A DNA stretch of 33,984 bases from an uncultured Clostridia bacterium (GTDB lineage Bacteria > Bacillota > Clostridia > Oscillospirales > JAAYOS01), in NCBI GenBank assembly GCA_944386395.1, contig CALXAZ010000164.1, forward strand, positions 1-33,984. The letters are read 5' to 3'. Of this stretch, positions 1 to 8,852 are shown one piece after another; position 1 is the stretch's first letter; the number at the start of each line of letters is the position of its first letter. Under the pieces are notes generated by a model that did no database searches, was not told the origin of the DNA, and worked only from the letters and a program-made list of their open reading frames with translations. Both the position numbers and the translations under genes were made by a program.

Positions 1-1
1 C

Positions 2-331
2 ATGGAGCGAAAGACGGTGCGCGGATACGACCAGTCACAGCTACTTGCGTATGCTGTAGCGCTCGAGCTTGGGGATGTGGCAGCTGAGACGATAGTAAAG
101 AGCAGACATACCCCAGCCCAGTCGGAGCTGAGTGATAGGGCGCAGAGGCTGGATAATGTGATGGGAGCCTTTGATGTGATAGATGCGTCGCTTGTGGAGG
201 GGAAGAGGGTGCTTCTCATAGATGATCTGCTTACCACTGGCGCGACCATCTCCGAATGTGCGGGAGTGCTCAAGAGGGCAGGAGCCAAGGAAGTAGTTGG
301 GGCAGTGCTTGCAAGGTCTGTAGCAAAGTAA
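2..331 (+). CDS. ComF-family phosphoribosyltransferase-domain protein, C-terminal part (5' end outside window)
   Basis: PRPP-binding loop VLLIDDLLTTGATISE followed by GAKEVVGAVLARS, typical of the ComFC/PRT C-terminus. The ORF is open at the window start. Confidence 0.75.
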   Translation: MERKTVRGYDQSQLLAYAVALELGDVAAETIVKSRHTPAQSELSDRAQRLDNVMGAFDVIDASLVEGKRVLLIDDLLTTGATISECAGVLKRAGAKEVVGAVLARSVAK

Positions 332-488
332 GTGAAAGAAGAGACTTGGTGCCGGCTATATTGAAAAATTTAAGAAAAATCTTAAATTTTGTGATGAATT
401 TCTGAGCTTTGATGGTATAATAACTGCGGACAGTTTTTTGCCGCAGCGCCGGTAAAGGGACAGGAAGTATACAGAGAGAGGAATGCGC

Positions 489-1517
489 ATGTTTAACTTT
501 GGCAGAGATATCGGAATAGATCTTGGCACGGCAACCGTGCTGGTGTTTGTGAAAGGTAAGGGGATCGTGCTGCGCGAGCCCTCTGTGGTTGCGCTTGATA
601 AAAACAGCGGAAAGCTGCTCAAGGTGGGGACAGAGGCGCAGATGATGCTGGGAAGGACTCCGGGGAATATCGTCGCCATACGCCCGCTGAGAGAGGGCGT
701 AATCTCGGACTATGATATGACCGAGAGGATGATAAAAGAATTTCTCAAAAAGCTGATAGGGTTCCGGCTGTTCAAGCCGCGCCTTGTTATCTGTGTACCA
801 AGCGGGATAACAGAGGTAGAGGAGCGCGCAGTAATAGACGCCGGGATACAGGCGGGAGCGCGGCGGGTATATCTGATAGAGGAACCGGTGGCAGCAGCGA
901 TTGGCGCTGGGATAGATATAGCCAAGCCGGACGGGCATATGGTGGTGGATATCGGCGGAGGGACGACCGATATTGCTGTGATATCGCTGAGCGGGATAGT
1001 TGAATCGACGTCTATCAAGATAGCGGGTGATCAGTTTGACGAGGCAATCGTCAAATACATACGCCGCAAGCACAATGTTCTGATAGGCGAGCGTACCGCA
1101 GAAGAGCTGAAAATGAATATCGGATGTGTATTTCCACGAAATGAGGAGATAACCGCGCGGGTAAAGGGGCGCGACCTGATGACGGGGCTCCCGCGCGAAT
1201 TTGAGGTATCCTCGAGCGAGATGATAGAGGCGTTTAACGAGGTTTCGACGCGGATAGTAGAGGCAGTACACTCTGTTCTTGAGATAACGCCGCCGGAGCT
1301 TGTGGCAGATATCTCTACAAACGGGATAATAATGACCGGAGGCGGGAGTCTTGTTTGGGGATTTGACAAGCTTATTGAGCACAAGACGGGAATAGAGACG
1401 CACGTGGCGGATGAACCGGTGAGTTGTGTTGCGTATGGAACCGGGAAGAGCCTGGAGTGGATATCTGATATGCAGGACGGGACGATAAACCTTTCCAGAC
1501 GCAGGCAGATGCAGTAG
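489..1517 (+). CDS. mreB: Rod-shape-determining actin homolog MreB/Mbl
   Basis: MFNFGRDIGIDLGTATVLVFVKGKGIVLREPSVVAL and downstream actin-fold phosphate motifs (DIGGGTTD, MTGGGS). The ATG at 489 lies 8 nt after GAGAGAGG; the track ATG at 483 is too close to the SD. Confidence 0.95.
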   Translation: MFNFGRDIGIDLGTATVLVFVKGKGIVLREPSVVALDKNSGKLLKVGTEAQMMLGRTPGNIVAIRPLREGVISDYDMTERMIKEFLKKLIGFRLFKPRLVICVPSGITEVEERAVIDAGIQAGARRVYLIEEPVAAAIGAGIDIAKPDGHMVVDIGGGTTDIAVISLSGIVESTSIKIAGDQFDEAIVKYIRRKHNVLIGERTAEELKMNIGCVFPRNEEITARVKGRDLMTGLPREFEVSSSEMIEAFNEVSTRIVEAVHSVLEITPPELVADISTNGIIMTGGGSLVWGFDKLIEHKTGIETHVADEPVSCVAYGTGKSLEWISDMQDGTINLSRRRQMQ

Positions 1518-1550
1518 AGCTTCCGGACCTGCGCCGTGTATAGGCTTTTT

Positions 1551-1578
1551 ACGGCGGAGCATGAGCTCCGCCGTTTTG
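1551..1578 (+). terminator. Intrinsic terminator after mreB
   Basis: Perfect 10-bp stem ACGGCGGAGC / GCTCCGCCGT with loop ATGA, followed by TTTT. Confidence 0.8.
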
Positions 1579-1620
1579 AATATCGGGAAAGCCTGTAAAG
1601 GGAATAAGAGGAGTGAGATG

Positions 1621-2619
1621 ATGGCAAAGAGCCCCAATCAGAAGGCAAAGCTTTTGTATTTGATGAAGATACTCAATGAAAAGACAGATGAAGAGCATCC
1701 AATGACCGTAGCCGAGCTTATCGAGGCGCTTGCGGCAGAGGGGATAAAAGCGGAGAGGAAGAGCATTTACAGTGACCTTGAGACGTTAGAGGGGTTTGGC
1801 ATGGACATAGTGCGGGTAAAGGGGAGGAGTACTGGATACTATGTTGCAGGGAGGACGTTTGAGCTTGCGGAGCTGAAGCTGCTGGTGGACGCGGTGCAGT
1901 CCTCGCGGTTTATAACGCACAGGAAATCCAGGGAGCTAATACAGAAGGTCGAAAGCCTGACAAGCAGCTATGCCGCCAAGACGCTCCAGCGGCAGGTGTA
2001 TGTAGCAAACCGGATAAAGACGATGAACGAGAGTATATACTATAATATCGACAAGGTATATACTGCGATATCTGAGGACAGGAAAATAGAGTTTAAGTAT
2101 TTTGAGTGGGCGCTCGATTTCAGCTCTGAGAATAAAATATACCGAAGGGCACGGCGCGGAGGAAAGAAGTATATGATAAGCCCGTGGGCGCTGAGCTGGG
2201 ATGACGAAAATTATTATCTGGTTGGGTTTGACAGCGAAGCGGGCATGATAAAGCACTATCGCCTTGATAAGATGGAAAAGATAGAGATATTTCCCGAGCG
2301 CAGGGACGGGAAAGAGCATTTCGGCAAATTTGATATGGCAGTGTATTCTGGAAAAATTTTTGGAATGTTTGGAGGGGAGGAGAGCACTGTCCAGATAAGC
2401 TTTGAAAACAGTCTTATCGGGGTTGTGGTGGACAGATTTGGCAGGGACGTGTGGATAACAAGGGAGGACGATGAAAGGTTCTGCCTGACGGTAAAGGTGG
2501 CAGTAAGTCCACAGTTTCTGGCGTGGGTGTTCAGCTTTGGCGGGGCAGCGAGGATTAGATATCCCGATAGTGTGATAGAAAGCTTTCGGGAGCTTGCAAG
2601 GCGCGCTGCAGGAGAATAG
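1621..2619 (+). CDS. HTH + WYL domain transcriptional regulator
   Basis: N-terminal winged-HTH-like segment (KLLYLMKILNEKTDEEHPMTVAELIEAL), central WYL-type region (ISPWALSWDDENYYLVGFD...HYRLDKM) and a C-terminal extension. The ATG at 1621 is 7 nt after GAGGAG; 1618 and 1561 are alternative starts. Confidence 0.8.
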   Translation: MAKSPNQKAKLLYLMKILNEKTDEEHPMTVAELIEALAAEGIKAERKSIYSDLETLEGFGMDIVRVKGRSTGYYVAGRTFELAELKLLVDAVQSSRFITHRKSRELIQKVESLTSSYAAKTLQRQVYVANRIKTMNESIYYNIDKVYTAISEDRKIEFKYFEWALDFSSENKIYRRARRGGKKYMISPWALSWDDENYYLVGFDSEAGMIKHYRLDKMEKIEIFPERRDGKEHFGKFDMAVYSGKIFGMFGGEESTVQISFENSLIGVVVDRFGRDVWITREDDERFCLTVKVAVSPQFLAWVFSFGGAARIRYPDSVIESFRELARRAAGE

Positions 2620-2620
2620 A

Positions 2621-2656
2621 AAAAGCTGCTGAGGATAAAATCCCAGCAGCTTTTTG
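2621..2656. terminator. Bidirectional intrinsic terminator between the WYL gene and the cupin gene
   Basis: AAAAGCTGCTG ... CAGCAGCTTTT, a stem flanked by an A-run and a T-run, between convergent genes. Confidence 0.75.
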
Positions 2657-2677
2657 TATCAGTAAAGGAGGTAAAAG

Positions 2678-3148
2678 CTATCTCTTCATCGGACCGGAAC
2701 TCATCAGCCCGCCACGTTCGAAGGTTATCCCACCCTCTTGAGAAAAAATGATGCCACCATTGTTGTCAGGCGTGTACATGATATCGGGAGTGAGAGAGGT
2801 GGCGAAATTGATATATATAAGCTTTTCGGTATCAGAGGTGTTTTTAAGTAGATGCGCACCCTCCGGTGTGGCAGAGCATACTATTGCATCTCCAGCGCTT
2901 ATTGGAGTTTCTCCCTCGGGATGGCGGAGCACTCCACTGCCGCTGATTATATAAAAGACCTCTTCGTTTGCTTCGTGGTAGTGGTACGCATTTGCCGTGT
3001 TGCCTGGATCAAGCTCAAAGAAAGCGGCAGAGCATTTGTTTATCGGCACGCTGGCAGAAGATATCGGCTTTGAGCATACAGTGTTGTCAAAGCGTGTAAC
3101 GATATTTGGCTCGATACTGTTGCGATTTGCGATTATAATGCCCTTCAT
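2678..3148 (-). CDS. Cupin-domain protein
   Basis: Cupin motifs HYHEANEEVFYIISGSG ... GDAIVCSATPEGAH. The MKGIII start at 3148 is preceded by AAGGAGG; the track start at 3178 lacks an SD. Confidence 0.8.
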   Translation of the reverse strand: MKGIIIANRNSIEPNIVTRFDNTVCSKPISSASVPINKCSAAFFELDPGNTANAYHYHEANEEVFYIISGSGVLRHPEGETPISAGDAIVCSATPEGAHLLKNTSDTEKLIYINFATSLTPDIMYTPDNNGGIIFSQEGGITFERGGLMSSGPMKR

Positions 3149-3242
3149 ATGGACCTCCTTTAAAATAGTTATAAACATAAGTCAATAACTTATGTTCTAA
3201 GTATAGCAGATGGAAATTTACGTGTCAACCGCAGAAAGAGGG

Positions 3243-3665
3243 CTACTTTTCGGGTTCATCCTTGTGTATGCGGTTTTTACCCGCCTTTCTGGAGGACATC
3301 CCCTGCATTGCTGCGTGCTCGAGCGACAGCTCCCTGTGCAGATCTATTGAGCTCCAGCCTGCATTATTCGCAGTGACAACAGCCTTGAGCGCAACAGGCG
3401 GTATCCTCGCCTGCCTCATCGCCGCAAGGAAGAGCTCAATCTGGGAGTTTGTAAATCCATTCATCACCAGCATCTCATCTCCAAAGCCATCGCCAGAGAA
3501 GCTCTCTGCCGGAGAGAAGCCCTCCAGTCCTGCAAGATAGCCTATTGGATGCAGATATTCCCCCGGCTCGATTTCCAGCCCGGATATGCCGAGCTTCATA
3601 CAGACAAATTTTATCTTTTTACCTTTTTCTGTCCCGGAGAGATTATATAGAAGTACGTTTGCCAT
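3243..3665 (-). CDS. DUF3783-like small protein
   Basis: MANVLLYNLSGTEKGKKIKFVCMKLGI... preceded by AAAGGAGCA. Only the last 140 codons of the 306-aa track ORF look coding. The family assignment is from memory of the N-terminal pattern. Confidence 0.6.
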   Translation of the reverse strand: MANVLLYNLSGTEKGKKIKFVCMKLGISGLEIEPGEYLHPIGYLAGLEGFSPAESFSGDGFGDEMLVMNGFTNSQIELFLAAMRQARIPPVALKAVVTANNAGWSSIDLHRELSLEHAAMQGMSSRKAGKNRIHKDEPEK

Positions 3666-3798
3666 TTTGCGTGCTCCTTTCTTCAGATATATAAAGCGTC
3701 CGATTACTATTTTAGCCTGTCCGGAGGTTTTATACAACAGGTAATTGCATATATAACAGTTTAATGGTAACATATAGCTGGGAAGGGGGACAATTGCT

Positions 3799-4146
3799 GT
3801 GAACATACAGATTTTTGGCAGCTCCAAATGCTTCGATACAAAAAAGGCGGAGCGGTATTTTAAGGAGCGAGGGATAAAGTTCCAGAGTATTGACCTGCCG
3901 CGTAAGGGCATGAGCCGGGGCGAGCTGACGGGCGTTATTTCAGCTGTCGGAGGGATAGACGGGCTGATAAATGGAAAGGCGAAGGGAGCGGAGCTATTGA
4001 GGTATCTTGCGTATGAGGAGGACAAGCTGGAAAAGCTTCTGGAGCAGCCCGAGCTTATAAGGACTCCCGTGGTGCGAAACCGGAAGCTTGCCACAGTGGG
4101 ATACTGCCCGGAGGTCTGGAAGGAATGGATAGAAAGTGACAGCTGA
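3799..4146 (+). CDS. ArsC/Spx/MgsR-family (thioredoxin-fold) protein
   Basis: MNIQIFGSSKCFDTKKAERYFKERGIKF... and RTPVV near the C-terminus, typical of the ArsC family. GTG start 8 nt after GGGGGA. Confidence 0.75.
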   Translation: MNIQIFGSSKCFDTKKAERYFKERGIKFQSIDLPRKGMSRGELTGVISAVGGIDGLINGKAKGAELLRYLAYEEDKLEKLLEQPELIRTPVVRNRKLATVGYCPEVWKEWIESDS

Positions 4147-4188
4147 CTCATGAGCTCAAGCAAACTGAAAGGAAAGGAAAGGTAAAGG

Positions 4189-5292
4189 ATGGAAAAATCG
4201 AAGGTTTATTACACGGATATGCACGCCCATCCGGGCTACAATCTCCAGCAGAAGCTGGAAAAACTGATAAGGACGGCAGGTATAGGGGATATCGATTTTA
4301 CAAACAAATTTGTTGCGATAAAGATACATTTTGGCGAGCCGGGAAACCTGTCATATCTCCGGCCAAACTATGCAAAGACAGTGGCGGACGTGGTAAAGGC
4401 ACTCGGGGGCAGACCTTTCCTTACCGACTGCAATACCCTCTATGTGGGACGGAGGAAACATGCCCTTGAGCATATTGAGGCGGCGTATGAGAATGGGTTT
4501 TCCCCATTTAGTACGGGGTGCCATGTGATTATCGGCGATGGGCTGAAGGGGACCGATGAGACACTGGTTCCAGTGGATGGTGAGTATGTAAAAGAAGCAA
4601 AGATAGGTACTGCGATAATGGACGCGGATATTTTTATTTCGCTTAACCACTTTAAGGGGCATGAGGCGGCAGGCTTTGGAGGCGCCCTGAAAAATATCGG
4701 CATGGGATGCGGAAGCAGAGCGGGGAAGATGGAGATGCACTCGAGCGGGAAACCGTTTGTGGAAACAGAGACATGTGTTGGCTGTGGCTCCTGCCGGAAG
4801 ATATGCGCGCATGATGCGATAACGATTGAAAACCGTAAGGCATCGATAGACCACGGCAAATGTGTTGGCTGTGGGCGATGCATAGGGGTGTGCCCGGTAG
4901 ACGCGGTGAACCCCGAGTGGGGGCAGGCAAACGAAGTGTTGAATATGAAGATTGCAGAGTATTCAAAGGCTGTGCTTGACGGGCGTCCCAGCTTCCACAT
5001 AAGTCTGGTGGTTGACGTATCACCAAACTGCGATTGTCACGCTGAAAACGACATGCCGATAGTGCCCGACGTTGGGATGTTTGCTTCGTTTGACCCTGTG
5101 GCTCTCGATGTTGCCTGTGCAGACGCTGTGAACGCCCAGCCTGCGGTGCAGTCAAGCGTGATAGGTGACAAGCATGGCTATCATGACCATTTTGCGGCGG
5201 CGCATCCGGATACAAACTGGGAGGTGTGCGTAGAGCATGCGGAGAAGCTTGGGATAGGTACAAGGGAGTATGAGCTGATAGAGGTAAAATAA
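4189..5292 (+). CDS. DUF362-domain protein with inserted 2x[4Fe-4S] ferredoxin motifs
   Basis: CVGCGSCRKICAHDAI and CVGCGRCIGVCPVDAV motifs inside a DUF362-like frame (IKIHFGEPGN, LNHFKGH). SD AAAGGAAAGG lies upstream. Confidence 0.85.
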   Translation: MEKSKVYYTDMHAHPGYNLQQKLEKLIRTAGIGDIDFTNKFVAIKIHFGEPGNLSYLRPNYAKTVADVVKALGGRPFLTDCNTLYVGRRKHALEHIEAAYENGFSPFSTGCHVIIGDGLKGTDETLVPVDGEYVKEAKIGTAIMDADIFISLNHFKGHEAAGFGGALKNIGMGCGSRAGKMEMHSSGKPFVETETCVGCGSCRKICAHDAITIENRKASIDHGKCVGCGRCIGVCPVDAVNPEWGQANEVLNMKIAEYSKAVLDGRPSFHISLVVDVSPNCDCHAENDMPIVPDVGMFASFDPVALDVACADAVNAQPAVQSSVIGDKHGYHDHFAAAHPDTNWEVCVEHAEKLGIGTREYELIEVK

Positions 5293-5398
5293 TTTCTTAT
5301 GCCTTTGAAGCATAGGGACTGATGTTTTACGGGTATTTGACGGAGCTCCACCTACCGGTATAAAATAGATACGGAAAAAGAAAGGAGCCAGTAAAAAG

Positions 5399-6523
5399 AT
5401 GAGTGCAAAAAAGCTTGGATTTGGACTTATGAGGCTTCCCACTCTGGAAGCGAATAACCCCGGCAGCATTGATATAGAGCAGGTAAAGCAGATGGTGGAT
5501 GTCTTTATGGAGCGGGGATTTACGTATTTTGATACTGCGTGGATGTACTGCGGCTCAAACAGCGAGCGCACTGCAAAGGAAGCTCTGGTTGACCGGTATC
5601 CCAGGGACAGCTTTACTCTTGCAACAAAGCTGCACGGAGGATTTTTTAATACTCCAGAGGAGCGCGATGCCATCTTTGAGGAGCAGCTGCGCCGGACAGG
5701 AGCGGGGTACTTTGACTATTATCTGCTGCACGATGTAAACTCTCATCATTACGAGAAATATACTGCGCTCGACTGTTTCAATTGGCTAAAGGAGAAGAAA
5801 GAGCAGGGGCTTGTGAAGAAGATAGGATTTTCCTATCACGACCATGCTGACCTGCTTGACAAGGTACTTACCGAACACCCCGAGGTCGAGTTTGTACAGC
5901 TACAGATCAATTATCTTGACTGGGAGAGCGAAGGGATACAGTCGCGCAAGTGTTATGAAACGGCAGTAAGGCACGGGGTACCTGTTATCGTGATGGAGCC
6001 TGTCAAGGGAGGAACTCTTGCCAGGGTACCTCAGGAAGTGGAAGAGATGTTCCACGAGTATAATCCTGGCATGTCAGTTTCCTCGTGGGCAATACGCTTT
6101 GCGGCAAGCCTTGAAAATGTAATGATGGTGCTGAGCGGTATGTCTAACATGGAGCAGATGCTCGACAACACAGGGTATATGAAAGACTTCAAGCCGCTTG
6201 ATAGCGCGGAGCGCGAGCTTGTAGCAAAGGCAGTTGACATAATAAATTCCAATATTGCAATACCATGTACAGGCTGCGCCTACTGTGTTGACGGATGCCC
6301 AATGAATATACCAATACCAAGATACTTTTCGCTTTATAACGCGGATAAGCAGGAGGTAGAATCGAAAAGCTGGAGACCGCAGGGGGAATACTATACAAAC
6401 CTTACAAAGGACTTCGGCAAGGCAAGCGATTGTATTGCCTGCGGTCAGTGCGAGGGGATATGCCCTCAGCACCTGCCGGTTATCGAGCATCTCAAAGAGG
6501 TTGCGGCGTATTTTGAAAAATAG
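5399..6523 (+). CDS. Aldo/keto reductase with C-terminal 4Fe-4S cluster-binding extension
   Basis: AKR N-terminus (LGFGLMRLP...FDTAWMY), and a C-terminus with [12 protein letters not shown] and [21 protein letters not shown] upstream. Confidence 0.9.
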   Translation: MSAKKLGFGLMRLPTLEANNPGSIDIEQVKQMVDVFMERGFTYFDTAWMYCGSNSERTAKEALVDRYPRDSFTLATKLHGGFFNTPEERDAIFEEQLRRTGAGYFDYYLLHDVNSHHYEKYTALDCFNWLKEKKEQGLVKKIGFSYHDHADLLDKVLTEHPEVEFVQLQINYLDWESEGIQSRKCYETAVRHGVPVIVMEPVKGGTLARVPQEVEEMFHEYNPGMSVSSWAIRFAASLENVMMVLSGMSNMEQMLDNTGYMKDFKPLDSAERELVAKAVDIINSNIAIPCTGCAYCVDGCPMNIPIPRYFSLYNADKQEVESKSWRPQGEYYTNLTKDFGKASDCIACGQCEGICPQHLPVIEHLKEVAAYFEK

Positions 6524-6533
6524 TATAACAAAA

Positions 6534-6570
6534 GCGGGGAACCTTTTGGTTCTCCGCTCTCTGCTTTTGC
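6534..6570 (+). terminator. Hairpin terminator after the aldo/keto reductase
   Basis: GCGGGGAACC-TTTT-GGTTCTCCGC (10 bp, one G-T pair). The T-tract is interrupted (TCTCTGCTTTT). Confidence 0.6.
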
Positions 6571-6582
6571 AGATAAATGCGC

Positions 6583-6616
6583 AAAAAAGGCGCAAGATAG
6601 CCTCGCGCCTCTTTTG
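6583..6616. terminator. Bidirectional intrinsic terminator
   Basis: AGGCGCAAG-ATAGC-CTCGCGCCT flanked by A6 on one side and CTTTTGTT on the other. On the minus strand it reads AGGCGCGAG-GCUAU-CUUGCGCCU-UUUUU. Confidence 0.75.
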
Positions 6617-6950
6617 TTGTCCGCTAAAACGGAGTATACTCCGCTCTTACGGTTACCGCAGGTTCTGGGAGAGACTCTCATCCCGCTCCCCTGCGGGGTC
6701 GCGCCTCCGCCCCCTCTGTGGGGACAGGCACACTTGACGAAAAAACGCTTTAGCCATTCGGGAAAGCAGTCTGCGATGAATGTCATAACAACCATTAACA
6801 GAGCTGAGTTACGTCTCCTGGTCTGAAACGTCCGCATAACAGCTGCTGCCTCTGTGCTTTTTGGCATGAGCACTGCCGCTGCCCGCATGCTTTTTGCTTA
6901 CGCTAGCCTTTTTGAGACTTCCCACCGGCCTGATAGCATCTTTTTTTCGT
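6583..6950 (-). ncRNA. Candidate unclassified structured RNA (orphan promoter-to-terminator unit)
   Basis: Bounded by a sigma-A-like promoter and an intrinsic terminator, GC-rich with several stable helices, and lacking a credible ORF. I recognise no family. See findings. Confidence 0.35.
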
Positions 6951-6953
6951 CCA

Positions 6954-6981
6954 AGCATAGTATATCCCGGCTTTTTGTCAA
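6954..6981 (-). promoter_or_regulatory. Sigma-A-like promoter for the orphan unit
   Basis: Minus strand TTGACA (6981-6976), 16-nt spacer, TATGCT (6959-6954). Confidence 0.45.
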
Positions 6982-7034
6982 TATACCTGTTTGAAAAAAA
7001 GAATATTAGGTAAAAATTTCAATATAGAGAGGTA

Positions 7035-7066
7035 AAACCAAAAAAGCCGTCCCTTATGGGGCGGCG
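7035..7066 (-). terminator. Minus-strand intrinsic terminator lying in the yaaL upstream region
   Basis: Minus strand GCCGCCCC-AUAA-GGGACGGC followed by UUUUUUGGUUUU. The plus-strand reading has no T-tract. Confidence 0.6.
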
Positions 7067-7086
7067 TAAATTGCGGAGGGAAAAAT

Positions 7087-7347
7087 ATGGCAGAGAAAAC
7101 CGGAGGTTTTTCATTTTTCAGCAGGAAGCTATCGCCGGAGGAAGAGGAGAGGCAGGAGCTTCTCGGGCAGCTCAAGGGGACGAGAGAGCAGCTAAAGATG
7201 GCAAGGATATCCTTTGAAAACGCAAGTGAGCCCGAGCTTGTAGACGCGAGCGTCTATGAGATAAACGCCCTCCAGGCGAGATATAATTACCTGCTGCGCC
7301 GGGCGCGGGAGCAGGGGTGTATAAGCGGCAACGAGGTATTTAAATAA
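7087..7347 (+). CDS. yaaL: YaaL-family protein (DUF2508)
   Basis: 86 aa with a coiled pattern (REQLKMARISFENASEPELVDASVYEINALQARYNYLLRRARE) resembling B. subtilis YaaL. SD GGAGGG is 6 nt upstream. Confidence 0.7.
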   Translation: MAEKTGGFSFFSRKLSPEEEERQELLGQLKGTREQLKMARISFENASEPELVDASVYEINALQARYNYLLRRAREQGCISGNEVFK

Positions 7348-7348
7348 C

Positions 7349-8791
7349 TTACTTTTTTCTCCATAGAGAGGGAGAGAAAAGCATGAGTATGGGGAATATC
7401 TCAAGCCTGCCCAGTAGCATGTCAAACGAGAGGATAAGCTTTGAAAGCATCGAAAATTCGGAAAAGTTCCCCGTCGGACCGACAACGCTCAGCCCCGGAC
7501 CAACATTGTTAAAGCATGTGACCACGGCGGTAAAGTTTGTCACCAGGTCAAATTCGTCTATCGATATAAGGAGCACCGAAAACAGAATTATCACCATATA
7601 GACAACAAAATATGTATTTGTGCTGTTTACTACAGAGTCCTCGACCGGCTTCCCCTCCATCTTTATTGAGATGATAGAGCGGGGACGTGCGGTCTTTTTT
7701 ATTTCGCGCAGTACCGTTTTTGCCATTATCACGAGTCTTGATATCTTCAGACCGCCACCGGTCGAGCCTGCACAGGCCCCAAAAAACATGAGGATAACGA
7801 GTACTGTTTTAGAAAAATTGGGCCAGAGGTTAAAGTCGTCGGTGGCAAAGCCTGTTGTGGTGATAATGGATGACACCTGGAAAAAGGCGTAGCGCAGCGC
7901 CTCGCCCACGTTTTCATAGAGGGAGAGGATATCAAGAGTTATCGCACCCACAGACAGCGCGACGATGGCGAGGTAGCAGCGCAGCTCCTCGTTTTTCAGC
8001 ACCTGAAGGAATTTCCGGGTGAGAAGCAGGTAGAACAGGTTAAAGTTTATGCCAAATATCAGCATAAAAATACCTATAACACCGTCTATGTAAGCGCTGT
8101 TATACGCGGCAATGGAGGTATTTTTAATGGAAAAGCCTCCGGTCCCGGCAGTGGCAAAGGTGTTTACAAGGCTGTCAAACAGAGGCATCCCACCCGCAAG
8201 CAGCAGTATTATCTGCAAAACTGAAATGCCAATGTATATCCCGTAGAGGATTTTTGCGTTTGACTGGAAACGCGAGACGAGCTTGCCGACGGTAGGACCT
8301 GGGACCTCGGCGCGCATGAGGTGCATTGAGTGCCCTCCGGCGAGGGGGATTATTGCCATTACAAATACCAGCACACCCATGCCGCCTATCCAGTGGGTAA
8401 AGCTTCGCCAGAAGAGGATACTCATCGGCAAAATCTCAACGTTTGTCAGTATACTGGCGCCGGTGGTTGTAAACCCGGAGACCGTCTCGAAAAAGGCATC
8501 GATAAAAGAAGGTATCGAGCCTGACAGCGTAAAAGGCAGCGCCCCCAGCACAGATGTCAGCACCCATGCAAGCCCTACGATAACAAAGCTTTCGCTTGCA
8601 TATATTACCCTGTTTTTGGGTGCACGTGCCGTGACCAGCGCGCTTACAAGCACAAGCGACGCTGCCAGTGCGCCGAATACTATCGAGCAGCCGTCCGCAT
8701 ATATAAGCGATACCGCGAATGGCAGCAACAGCAAAAAGCCCTCAACAAGGACTATTTTACCGAGTATATGGACTATCATACGGTAATTCAT
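7349..8791 (-). CDS. trkH: TrkH/KtrB-family potassium uptake membrane subunit
   Basis: 480-aa polytopic protein with repeated pore-loop signatures ([28 protein letters not shown]). Confidence 0.92.
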   Translation of the reverse strand: MNYRMIVHILGKIVLVEGFLLLLPFAVSLIYADGCSIVFGALAASLVLVSALVTARAPKNRVIYASESFVIVGLAWVLTSVLGALPFTLSGSIPSFIDAFFETVSGFTTTGASILTNVEILPMSILFWRSFTHWIGGMGVLVFVMAIIPLAGGHSMHLMRAEVPGPTVGKLVSRFQSNAKILYGIYIGISVLQIILLLAGGMPLFDSLVNTFATAGTGGFSIKNTSIAAYNSAYIDGVIGIFMLIFGINFNLFYLLLTRKFLQVLKNEELRCYLAIVALSVGAITLDILSLYENVGEALRYAFFQVSSIITTTGFATDDFNLWPNFSKTVLVILMFFGACAGSTGGGLKISRLVIMAKTVLREIKKTARPRSIISIKMEGKPVEDSVVNSTNTYFVVYMVIILFSVLLISIDEFDLVTNFTAVVTCFNNVGPGLSVVGPTGNFSEFSMLSKLILSFDMLLGRLEIFPILMLFSPSLWRKK

Positions 8792-8852
8792 GTTAGATCA
8801 CGCTTTTCTCTCTGTCTATTCGTTATGTAACTGTCCCACGTAAGCAGCATCC

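Noticed and set aside
270-1637. 455-aa minus-strand ORF, the longest ORF in the first 2 kb
   Set aside because: It is entirely antisense to an unmistakable mreB. Its composition is R/Y/L/P-rich with no motifs. It is a shadow ORF of a GC-balanced, strongly coding opposite strand.
1621-2619. WYL regulator as a marker of a defence island
   Set aside because: Its neighbours are mreB, a cupin, DUF3783 and redox enzymes. No nuclease, helicase, methylase, CBASS, CRISPR or abortive-infection-type genes lie within reach. I treat it as an ordinary stand-alone regulator.
3666-4163. N-terminal 166 codons of the 306-aa minus ORF (3243-4163)
   Set aside because: It has no SD at 4163, is S/P/F-rich and low in complexity, and overlaps the ArsC-family gene on the plus strand. 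A clean SD plus ATG at 3665 begins the recognisable DUF3783-like part.
6614-6888. 70-aa plus-strand and 140-aa minus-strand ORFs in the 6.6-6.9 kb gap
   Set aside because: Both lack an SD and have P/G/R-rich or A-rich composition typical of random frames in GC-rich DNA. The 140-aa ORF runs through two terminators and into the convergent reductase gene.
6583-6950. Identification of the orphan RNA as tmRNA, RNase P RNA or a c-di-AMP (ydaO) riboswitch, given its size and the neighbouring K+ transporter genes
   Set aside because: It lacks the tmRNA tRNA-like 3' end (GGUUCGA...CCACCA) and an Ala-rich tag ORF with a stop. It has no GAGGAAAGUCC / ACAGAA P4 elements of RNase P. ydaO cores (ACGGGG/GGGACCCA, CAGCUAACC.CGUAAGCG) appear only as fragmentary look-alikes (GCUAGCGUAAGC, CCCGAAUGGCUAAAGCG). 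The unit also lies downstream of trkAH, not upstream, and no gene follows it.
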